A DNA stretch of 64,000 nt from Monocercomonoides exilis PA203 (lineage: Eukaryota > Protista > Preaxostyla). The notes below the pieces were generated by a model, which saw nothing but the letters and a program-made list of their open reading frames with translations, was not told the origin of the DNA and made no database searches. Positions 25,701-37,300 of the stretch are shown here, one piece after another (position 1 is the first letter of the stretch; each line of letters starts with the position of its first letter). The DNA is taken from assembly GCA_001643675.2 (NCBI GenBank), contig LSRY02000011.1, positions 992,001 to 1,056,000 of the forward strand. The letters are read 5' to 3'. The translations under genes were made by a program, and so were the position numbers.

Positions 25701-28700
25701 GGACCTCAATAAGACAAGAAGATTCAAAACTCTCTGGAGTTTTCACGCTCACTCTCATCCCTTTTGTGGAACACGAAGTCTCCCATTCATATTCACCAGC
25801 CATGGCAACCACTTCCGCAAGCTCAAATCCTGAATCCAATTCGATCTTCTTGTTTGTGTCTGGATATCTCACCTGCGCTGCATGGGTGATTGTGGCACAC
25901 GGATAATAATCAAACCCACAGAACCACGAGTCGTATCCACCCAGTTCATCCTTTATCTTCCCCGTATGTGCTGCACTTGCATATCTGTCCAGAAATACAT
26001 TCAGTGGGAATAGCCCCATTGTTGTGTCACTCCGATCATATCCCACCAACTCGTTGAATTTCGATTTATCATGTTGGACATTCAGCTTTTCTGTTGTTAT
26101 TCCCCAGTTCTCAGAATCTTTCCCATTCACAAACAGATAATTTCCTCCTAATGAGGCAGAACACCCTGAAAAGTCAACTGACACAATCGAGAAGTCAATC
26201 GAGTTGTCAGCCAGATACAGCATCATCCCTCCTCCATATCCACTGCATTTGCATCTGTTGAATTTTGTTGTTTCGCTTTCTGGTGTTGATGAAGTCCCTG
26301 CTCGCAACTTGCTTGAAGACGATGATAAATCAACCTTGATCCCACCACCATTCCCATCCTCGCACTCACAATCTTCGATTGTCACATTCTTGACCATAAA
26401 TGTCTCCCCTTCCTTCACACTCTTTGCCACAACCACCCCATCTCCTTCAGTCAACTTCACATCCTTCACAGCCAATTTCGCAAGCATGCTCTCTCCTGAT
26501 GTTGTGGCTTTCAAAAAAAGTTCTGATGAAGACGACGACAATGAAGAAGGAGATAAAACCGGTTCAGAGAACAAGGGTTTTGAGACATTCATATTTATGA
26601 TCTCCACATCATTCATCGATAGCTGTGAGAGCGAAACCACAAACACTGATGATGACATCACATTTTCTCCTATATTACTCGTGATGATCATATCCTTCAG
26701 CGAGAGTGACCCACTCACATCAGACACCACAACCACACTCGGAGAAGGATTTGCATTTGAGTTGCAATCAACTTTCAAATGACACATTCCCAGTTGTCCC
26801 GTTGTTACACTGAACAGTGCTCCTGACGAAGATGGAGCAGAAAGTGCTCCTGTTTCAATCGAACTTGTTTCCCTTCCTTTCCCAACTATAGAAATCTTCT
26901 TTGCTCCAATATCAATTGTTGTCATCTCATTTTTGTGATTTCCTTCCATTAGAGTAATTGATAAGCTTATCAGTATCTCACACATCTCAAAGGCCCTATT
27001 CACTGTTTTGCACGGATATGACTCGTTAGCTCCACACAGCTCATTCAAGTCATTCCCATCCACAGAAACAAAAATTGTTTTATCTTTCAGCCACATCCTC
27101 TTTTCAGTGTGCTGAAATAACCAGCTGTTTTCTGTATTATTATATCCAAAGCATACTCTCTGTTCGTCTGTATTTGTGGTGTAGCATTCTTTGAATGGAT
27201 TTCCAGAAAACTTAAAAATGTCATAATGATCATAAAATTGAACATCTTGTCCATAAGTGGGATTGGCGGAGCATTTGCATTCATGAAAGAACAAAAAATA
27301 ACAGTAAGTTATATCATTTTGAGTTGTTTGCCTGAATGGGTAAAACTCCAATCCTCCTCCATGCGATAAAGCAGAGCATGACAAAAACTGAAGACTTCTC
27401 ATTTTGAATTGTGTAATTGGAATATTAGCACAGCGCATACCTCCACCCCCTGTGCTTGATAGAGAACATGAAGTGAAACTGCAGTCAAACATACACGCAC
27501 TCTCCCCTTCTCCACTTTCTGTTCCGATACAATTTGTCCCGGAAACCAGAAAATTATCAAGATAAATCCCTCCTCCTCTACTATTTTCTCTGCAATTCTG
27601 GAATTCGCAACTGCCAATACGAACACATGATGAAATCACATAAACAAAAACACCTCCTCCAGCATTGCTTTGAGCATTGCAAGAATTGAACGAGTTGTTC
27701 ACAATCTCAACAGATTTGATACGAGCACACATAACTCCTCCTCCATCAAAAAAAGCACAGCAATCATTAAAAGTGCAATGAGAAACAAAAAGCTCTCCGT
27801 TTCCCAGATTATACATATAAACTGCCCCTCCACTTGATATTCCATCCAAAACAGAGTCATCTGTTCCTATTGTTTTTGATCCGTTCCATTCACACCAAAT
27901 GAATGAATTAGCTTCATTGATTGTATCGTTCCTTCTCTCTGGATGTTGTTTATTGTCTTCTTGTCCAATGATTTCAATATTTTCAGTTCGGCAACAACCT
28001 ACAAACGAGGCATTAGAAGCAGTCAAAGAAGTCAAGGGGTTGCTGAGAGAGGGAACAATTCCTCCATCATACACATCACATACATATAAAAATGAGCAAC
28101 TGCTCATCAGGTACGAGGATTGATATAAGGGTTCGGCCAAATGAATTGAAATCGAAGGTTTTGTTGAAATGTTCAAAAATATCAGATCAGCAAGTGAAAC
28201 ACTCTCAATCAATGGAGAAGCCAGAAACGGGGGAGAGGAGACACAAAAGGAAGAAAAACACGAAAAACGGACAAAAAGGAGGCTTTTATTAGAAGCCTTG
28301 CTGACTTTGCCTTTTGATGAGAAAAGCGGAGAAATTTCGTTCGATAATGGATTTGATGATTGCAATGTGATATTCTCCAGCAATGCACAACTCCCATGCA
28401 TTTCAAAAAGAGGCATCCTGCAACTCATTACAACACCGCATCCTCTAAGGGCGGCTTGGCTTCCTTCAGTTCCGCAAATTGCAGTCTTTCCATTCACTGA
28501 TACAAATTCCAATCCACTCCATCCAACTGAAGCATTCTTCAAATCAAAGCACCCTTTGATCATATATGCTCCTTTCTTTGAATTGAATTCCTTCAGAATT
28601 GTTGGTCGCCTATCGATGATCTGTCTTTGATTCTTCAAATTGCAACCCTTTTTGCATTTATGCAATTCTCCTTCTTTGCTTTTCTCATTTTCGAAGACTT

Positions 28701-28947
28701 TCCTTTCTGTTACCTCATTTTCCTTCGTAATTTTGTTGTATGATGAAAAAGACAATTCGTTGTGAATATCACAGCTAATTTTGTTTTTCAATTCTTCATT
28801 CGGAAATCTATTTCTTTGCGCAGGAAAAAATTTCTCATTATTGAAATTGTTCCTTGTACAGATGACTTCAAATCCCGCAGACTCGCAGAAATCCTGACAT
28901 AGAATTTTTCGTTCAGTAATAACAACTGCTATCACAATGAACAACAT
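19732..28947 (-). pseudogene. Receptor-like gene, copy 1 (signal peptide, Cys/Gly-rich beta-helix modules, TM, kinase-like C-lobe), disrupted
   Basis: ORFs 25339-28980, 24186-25403, 23623-24222 and 19732-23604 join into ~3070 codons. GGG/GGA and CG..PC motifs, TM YWLFIVIAIFAVLFLIILIVSIVLAIRW, RWKAPE..FSIGIMLWE..PF..RP. Frameshift ~25370 and two in-frame TAA ~23611-23625 are shared with copy 2. Confidence 0.8.
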
Positions 28948-31156
28948 TTTGGCTAAATTTTCTATTTTTATTTTTTTCAAATAATAATTTAATTGTTGTG
29001 GTTTATTTTTGATCCTTCATTTTTTATTTTAATTTTTCAAATATTCATGAAACTCGCTACGTTGCTGAACGAATGTTGGTTTTATAGCGGAGTAAATGTG
29101 TAGTAATTCTTTTGAGACCTTGATATCCGTTCTTGGCTTTCTTGATGAAACTTCATTGAATTCGATTCAAAACCGTTTTCTTGTCTCACAAAAAAATTGT
29201 AGTTAAATGTTATATGATGCTCAAAAAAATATTGCAACACAAAAAATAGATGTTAAAGCTATGTGCTCACTCTTTCCAATGCTTTTGGGCTGTTTTAGTT
29301 TCACAAATGAGTCTTGTGGAGCAACCAAGTCGAAAATCCCAAAATTATTCTCTTGCTGCATTTGCAATAAGAAATTCAGTTCCTCCAAATTAATCAAGTT
29401 GTATTTTCATCTCACCTAAATATCACTGCAATATTTTTCTCCATAGTTAATTTTACTTGCATCAATTCAGTTATGAACGCAATTTTCGTTTCACTACTTT
29501 TCCACTTTGAGGAAACTTGCAGATTGAAAATTTTTTCTTTATTCGAGATAAAGCCTTGGCTTTTTCAGAAAATTCTAAACAATAACTTCTGATTGTCATC
29601 AAAACCATTTGATGCAAAAATTTTCCATATTTCCCCTTTTTCTTCATTATTTCCATCGGAATTAACAAAAATAGTTTTGCATCCCTTGATGAATATGTAA
29701 TGTCTTCTATCCTTCTTCTTTTTTCGTAGGAGCAAGTGTGTTTCCTATTTTTTTGCTTCTCACGATATGTCTGTTCCCCTTCATCCCTTTGGCTTCTTTG
29801 TTTTCAACGTCAATTACCTTTCATTAGTTCCTTATTTTGAAGGTTTTTTCTTTCCCCTTCAAATTTGAAATTGGAAATAATCAAATTCTTTTGTTGCAGA
29901 TTTCTTGAATCTTGTTGTCGTTAACGTCCATTGCATGCTGTTTTCCATTTCCAACGATGTCATGTTCTTCTTTTGAAGTTGCCTTTGAAGTTTCAAGAGG
30001 AACTTTCATAATTGTTCATGTTTTTGCTCTTTTCTGTCCTTTTTCCAATAGAATAAAAAAGATTTCCAAAAGGATATAGATAATGTGAAATCCTTGAAAT
30101 CGTTAAAAACATGATGAACGTTGAGGCATATAATTTGATTGAGTTTTCTTGTTTTCTCACTTCCATGATGAAAAAATATGGATAACTGTTAATAACTCTT
30201 TTGTTGCAACAATTGCTAAAGAGAGGTAATGCATAAATTAAATGATTTCGTAACTCCACCTTTCCTTATTTCATTCGTAAGATATTCAACGTGTTTGATG
30301 CAAGTAGTTTCTTCAATGGAAATAGAAATAAGAAGTTGCAACGACAAAAAAACAATCTGGTTCAAAGTTGGGCGAAATATGCTTCTGTCATTCACTCAAT
30401 TCAAGATAGTCTGTCAATCTTGAAAAAAATCAAGAATAATGATCTCTGAGTATTTTCCAGTTAAATGCAAAAATAAAAACTAATTTCAGTTCAGAAGGCT
30501 ATGATACTCGGATGTTGTAGTGCGTCAGCGATTAAATGATTTCTTCTTTTGATATTCTTTGTATATTCTTCAATAAAATATTTTTTGAAGATCCTTTTTC
30601 ACAAAAGATGCATATGAGTTCGTTAAGTTTATGAGAATGTTCAATAAAAATGAGTTGAAGTTTGATCTTCTCTTGACAACTTCGAAAGGGTCAATCTACG
30701 AGAAAATAATTTTTCCTTAAAAATAATAATAATCAAGCATTTCCTATTTCCTTTTTTGAATATAAGTTATTTGTTGTTATGTTTCAAGCAATATACAGAA
30801 AGGAGGAAAATTCGTTTGCTTGAATAAACGAAAAGATTTTCTAACGAGTTTTATAAATAATTATGGTTACGCAAATATAAAAAATTATTAATAACACATA
30901 CTTAGATAATGTGAAATGACTTATCGACATTGCATTCGAAGATCATTCTGACTAACTGCAACAGTATTTGCTGAATAACGTATTATAATTTTTTTTTTGT
31001 AAAAAAAATAAACGATTAACAAACACTTATTCCATAAACGTGTAACCACTTTTAAAATAAAAAAACAGAAAGTGATCATAATTATTGGATTAAGGATTAA
31101 AAATCGAAGAGGGATAAAAATCTGTTACTTATTCCGAGATTGAAATACACCATTAA

Positions 31157-31354
31157 TTATTCAAATTTGGTAAACTTATTATTCGAAATTGGTCAACTAA
31201 TTATTCAAAATTAATAAACTAATTATTCGATTTTGGTAAACTAATTATTCGAAGTTGTTAAACTTATTATTCAAAATTGTTAAACTTTTTATTCGAAATT
31301 AATAAACTTATTATTCGAAATTGGTAAACTTCTTATTCAAAATTTATAAAAATT
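31157..31354. repeat. Tandem array of 9 x 22 bp (consensus TTATTCGAAATTGGTAAACTWA)
   Basis: Nine consecutive 22-nt units, each starting TTATTC. Confidence 0.9.
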
Positions 31355-31976
31355 AGTATTTTTTGGAAAAAAATTTTATTGTGATAAATTGGTTTTTGGC
31401 TGAATGTTAGAAAGTGATTAAAATGTTTTGTTTTTTTCATTATTCTTAAAAGGGATGAAAAATTGAACCCCGATTTTTATTATTTGTGAATAAGCAAGAA
31501 ATTTTTTGATTTTTCAGAAAGAAATCATCACAATGGAAATCGGATAATATTTGAATTATTTCACCTCACTATGTGAAATAATGAATAATTCAATCATGAA
31601 ATGTTATATAAATTAAAGATCTTAAGATAAACAATTAATAACAATCGGAGAATTCCGAAAATACATTCATGGATTTATTCACTGATAAAAAATACTTGTT
31701 TCCAGCTCTTGAATTTTTATGTTATAAAAATTTTCGATTTAATCATTCACAATCTAACAATAGGAGATGAATTCGTTTGAAACTTATCCGATTTCCATTG
31801 TGATGATTTCTTTCTGAAAAATCAAAAAATTTCTTGCTTATTCACAAATAATAAAAATCGGGGTTCAATTTTTCATCCCTTTTAAGAATAATGAAAAAAA
31901 CAAAACATTTTAATCACTTTCTAACATTCAGCCAAAAACCAATTTATCACAATAAAATTTTTTTCCAAAAAATACT

Positions 31977-32174
31977 AATTTTTATAAATTTTGAATAAGA
32001 AGTTTACCAATTTCGAATAATAAGTTTATTAATTTCGAATAAAAAGTTTAACAATTTTGAATAATAAGTTTAACAACTTCGAATAATTAGTTTACCAAAA
32101 TCGAATAATTAGTTTATTAATTTTGAATAATTAGTTGACCAATTTCGAATAATAAGTTTACCAAATTTGAATAA
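31977..32174. repeat. Mirror copy of the 9 x 22 bp array
   Basis: Reverse complement of 31157-31354. Confidence 0.9.
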
Positions 32175-34377
32175 TTAATGGTGTATTTCAATCTCGGAAT
32201 AAGTAACAGATTTTTATCCCTCTTCGATTTTTAATCCTTAATCCAATAATTATGATCACTTTCTGTTTTTTTATTTTAAAAGTGGTTACACGTTTATGGA
32301 ATAAGTGTTTGTTAATCGTTTATTTTTTTTACAAAAAAAAAATTATAATACGTTATTCAGCAAATACTGTTGCAGTTAGTCAGAATGATCTTCGAATGCA
32401 ATGTCGATAAGTCATTTCACATTATCTAAGTATGTGTTATTAATAATTTTTTATATTTGCGTAACCATAATTATTTATAAAACTCGTTAGAAAATCTTTT
32501 CGTTTATTCAAGCAAACGAATTTTCCTCCTTTCTGTATATTGCTTGAAACATAACAACAAATAACTTATATTCAAAAAAGGAAATAGGAAATGCTTGATT
32601 ATTATTATTTTTAAGGAAAAATTATTTTCTCGTAGATTGACCCTTTCGAAGTTGTCAAGAGAAGATCAAACTTCAACTCATTTTTATTGAACATTCTCAT
32701 AAACTTAACGAACTCATATGCATCTTTTGTGAAAAAGGATCTTCAAAAATATTTTATTGAAGAATATACAAAGAATATCAAAAGAAGAAATCATTTAATC
32801 GCTGACGCACTACAACATCCGAGTATCATAGCCTTCTGAACTGAAATTAGTTTTTATTTTTGCATTTAACTGGAAAATACTCAGAGATCATTATTCTTGA
32901 TTTTTTTCAAGATTGACAGACTATCTTGAATTGAGTGAATGACAGAAGCATATTTCGCCCAACTTTGAACCAGATTGTTTTTTTGTCGTTGCAACTTCTT
33001 ATTTCTATTTCCATTGAAGAAACTACTTGCATCAAACACGTTGAATATCTTACGAATGAAATAAGGAAAGGTGGAGTTACGAAATCATTTAATTTATGCA
33101 TTACCTCTCTTTAGCAATTGTTGCAACAAAAGAGTTATTAACAGTTATCCATATTTTTTCATCATGGAAGTGAGAAAACAAGAAAACTCAATCAAATTAT
33201 ATGCCTCAACGTTCATCATGTTTTTAACGATTTCAAGGATTTCACATTATCTATATCCTTTTGGAAATCTTTTTTATTCTATTGGAAAAAGGACAGAAAA
33301 GAGCAAAAACATGAACAATTATGAAAGTTCCTCTTGAAACTTCAAAGGCAACTTCAAAAGAAGAACATGACATCGTTGGAAATGGAAAACAGCATGCAAT
33401 GGACGTTAACGACAACAAGATTCAAGAAATCTGCAACAAAAGAATTTGATTATTTCCAATTTCAAATTTGAAGGGGAAAGAAAAAACCTTCAAAATAAGG
33501 AACTAATGAAAGGTAATTGACGTTGAAAACAAAGAAGCCAAAGGGATGAAGGGGAACAGACATATCGTGAGAAGCAAAAAAATAGGAAACACACTTGCTC
33601 CTACGAAAAAGAAGAAGGATAGAAGACATTACATATTCATCAAGGGATGCAAAACTATTTTTGTTAATTCCGATGGAAATAATGAAGAAAAAGGGAAATA
33701 TGGAAAATTTTTGCATCAAATGGTTTTGATGACAATCAGAAGTTATTGTTTAGAATTTTCTGAAAAAGCCAAGGCTTTATCTCGAATAAAGAAAAAATTT
33801 TCAATCTGCAAGTTTCCTCAAAGTGGAAAAGTAGTGAAACGAAAATTGCGTTCATAACTGAATTGATGCAAGTAAAATTAACTATGGAGAAAAATATTGC
33901 AGTGATATTTAGGTGAGATGAAAATACAACTTGATTAATTTGGAGGAACTGAATTTCTTATTGCAAATGCAGCAAGAGAATAATTTTGGGATTTTCGACT
34001 TGGTTGCTCCACAAGACTCATTTGTGAAACTAAAACAGCCCAAAAGCATTGGAAAGAGTGAGCACATAGCTTTAACATCTATTTTTTGTGTTGCAATATT
34101 TTTTGAGCATCATATAACATTTAACTACAATTTTTTGTGAGACAAGAAAACGGTTTTGAATCGAATTCAATGAAGTTTCATCAAGAAAGCCAAGAACGGA
34201 TATCAAGGTCTCAAAAGAATTACTACACATTTACTCCGCTATAAAACCAACATTCGTTCAGCAACGTAGCGAGTTTCATGAATATTTGAAAAATTAAAAT
34301 AAAAAATGAAGGATCAAAAATAAACCACAACAATTAAATTATTATTTGAAAAAATAAAAATAGAAAATTTAGCCAAA

Positions 34378-37300
34378 ATGTTGTTCATTGTGATAGCAGT
34401 TGTTATTACTGAACGAAAAATTCTATGTCAGGATTTCTGCGAGTCTGCGGGATTTGAAGTCATCTGTACAAGGAACAATTTCAATAATGAGAAATTTTTC
34501 CTGCGCAAAGAAATAGATTTCCGAATGAAGAATTGAAAAACAAAATTAGCTGTGATATTCACAACGAATTGTCTTTTTCATCATACAACAAAATTACGAA
34601 GGAAAATGAGGTAACAGAAAGGAAAGTCTTCGAAAATGAGAAAAGCAAAGAAGGAGAATTGCATAAATGCAAAAAGGGTTGCAATTTGAAGAATCAAAGA
34701 CAGATCATCGATAGGCGACCAACAATTCTGAAGGAATTCAATTCAAAGAAAGGAGCATATATGATCAAAGGGTGCTTTGATTTGAAGAATGCTTCAGTTG
34801 GATGGAGTGGATTGGAATTTGTATCAGTGAATGGAAAGACTGCAATTTGCGGAACTGAAGGAAGCCAAGCCGCCCTTAGAGGATGCGGTGTTGTAATGAG
34901 TTGCAGGATGCCTCTTTTTGAAATGCATGGGAGTTGTGCATTGCTGGAGAATATCACATTGCAATCATCAAATCCATTATCGAACGAAATTTCTCCGCTT
35001 TTCTCATCAAAAGGCAAAGTCAGCAAGGCTTCTAATAAAAGCCTCCTTTTTGTCCGTTTTTCGTGTTTTTCTTCCTTTTGTGTCTCCTCTCCCCCGTTTC
35101 TGGCTTCTCCATTGATTGAGAGTGTTTCACTTGCTGATCTGATATTTTTGAACATTTCAACAAAACCTTCGATTTCAATTCATTTGGCCGAACCCTTATA
35201 TCAATCCTCGTACCTGATGAGCAGTTGCTCATTTTTATATGTATGTGATGTGTATGATGGAGGAATTGTTCCCTCTCTCAGCAACCCCTTGACTTCTTTG
35301 ACTGCTTCTAATGCCTCGTTTGTAGGTTGTTGCCGAACTGAAAATATTGAAATCATTGGACAAGAAGACAATAAACAACATCCAGAGAGAAGGAACGATA
35401 CAATCAATGAAGCTAATTCATTCATTTGGTGTGAATGGAACGGATCAAAAACAATAGGAACAGATGACTCTGTTTTGGATGGAATATCAAGTGGAGGGGC
35501 AGTTTATATGTATAATCTGGGAAACGGAGAGCTTTTTGTTTCTCATTGCACTTTTAATGATTGCTGTGCTTTTTTTGATGGAGGAGGAGTTATGTGTGCT
35601 CGTATCAAATCTGTTGAGATTGTGAACAACTCGTTCAATTCTTGCAATGCTCAAAGCAATGCTGGAGGAGGTGTTTTTGTTTATGTGATTTCATCATGTG
35701 TTCGTATTGGCAGTTGCGAATTCCAGAATTGCAGAGAAAATAGTAGAGGAGGAGGGATTTATCTTGATAATTTTCTGGTTTCCGGGACAAATTGTATCGG
35801 AACAGAAAGTGGAGAAGGGGAGAGTGCGTGTATGTTTGACTGCAGTTTCACTTCATGTTCTCTATCAAGCACAGGGGGTGGAGGTATGCGCTGTGCTAAT
35901 ATTCCAATTACACAATTCAAAATGAGAAGTCTTCAGTTTTTGTCATGCTCTGCTTTATCGCATGGAGGAGGATTGGAGTTTTACCCATTCAGGCAAACAA
36001 CTCAAAATGATATAACTTACTGTTATTTTTTGTTCTTTCATGAATGCAAATGCTCCGCCAATCCCACTTATGGACAAGATGTTCAATTTTATGATCATTA
36101 TGACATTTTTAAGTTTTCTGGAAATCCATTCAAAGAATGCTACACCACAAATACAGACGAACAGAGAGTATGCTTTGGATATAATAATACAGAAAACAGC
36201 TGGTTATTTCAGCACACTGAAAAGAGGATGTGGCTGAAAGATAAAACAATTTTTGTTTCTGTGGATGGGAATGACTTGAATGAGCTGTGTGGAGCTAACG
36301 AGTCATATCCGTGCAAAACAGTGAATAGGGCCTTTGAGATGTGTGAGATACTGATAAGCTTATCAATTACTCTAATGGAAGGAAATCACAAAAATGAGAT
36401 GACAACAATTGATATTGGAGCAAAGAAGATTTCTATAGTTGGGAAAGGAAGGGAAACAAGTTCGATTGAAACAGGAGCACTTTCTGCTCCATCTTCGTCA
36501 GGAGCACTGTTCAGTGTAACAACGGGACAACTGGGAATGTGTCATTTGAAAGTTGATTGCAACTCAAATGCAAATCCTTCTCCGAGTGTGGTTGTGGTGT
36601 CTGATGTGAGTGGGTCACTCTCGCTGAAGGATATGATCATCACGAGTAATATAGGAGAAAATGTGATGTCATCATCAGTGTTTGTGGTTTCGCTCTCACA
36701 GCTATCGATGAATGATGTGGAGATCATAAATATGAATGTCTCAAAACCCTTGTTCTCTGAACCGGTTTTATCTCCTTCTTCATTGTCGTCGTCTTCATCA
36801 GAACTTTTTTTGAAAGCCACAACATCAGGAGAGAGCATGCTTGCGAAATTGGCTGTGAAGGATGTGAAGTTGACTGAAGGAGATGGGGTGGTTGTGGCAA
36901 AGAGTGTGAAGGAAGGGGAGACATTTATGGTCAAGAATGTGACAATCGAAGATTGTGAGTGCGAGGATGGGAATGGTGGTGGGATCAAGGTTGATTTATC
37001 ATCGTCTTCAAGCAAGTTGCGAGCAGGGACTTCATCAACACCAGAAAGCGAAACAACAAAATTCAACAGATGCAAATGCAGTGGATATGGAGGAGGGATG
37101 ATGCTGTATCTGGCTGACAACTCGATTGACTTCTCGATTGTGTCAGTTGACTTTTCAGGGTGTTCTGCCTCATTAGGAGGAAATTATCTGTTTGTGAATG
37201 GGAAAGATTCTGAGAACTGGGGAATAACAACAGAAAAGCTGAATGTCCAACATGATAAATCGAAATTCAACGAGTTGGTGGGATATGATCGGAGTGACAC

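Larger units (their letters stand above)
17479..31547. repeat. Left arm of giant inverted duplication (~14.07 kb)
   Basis: Reverse complement of 31784-45849. The ORF track is mirrored. Boundaries read directly from the sequence (ggcaatgattttatc... to ...aatcggataa). Confidence 0.97.

Noticed and set aside
31157-31354. CRISPR array
   Set aside because: Units are contiguous degenerate tandem repeats without unique spacers, there are no cas genes, and the context is eukaryotic.
32940-34140. Short ORFs upstream of the receptor gene (mirror ~29190-30390)
   Set aside because: Slightly coding-like, with a possible signal-peptide remnant, but riddled with stops and lacking any recognisable motif. 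Possibly a gene relic, but not supportable.
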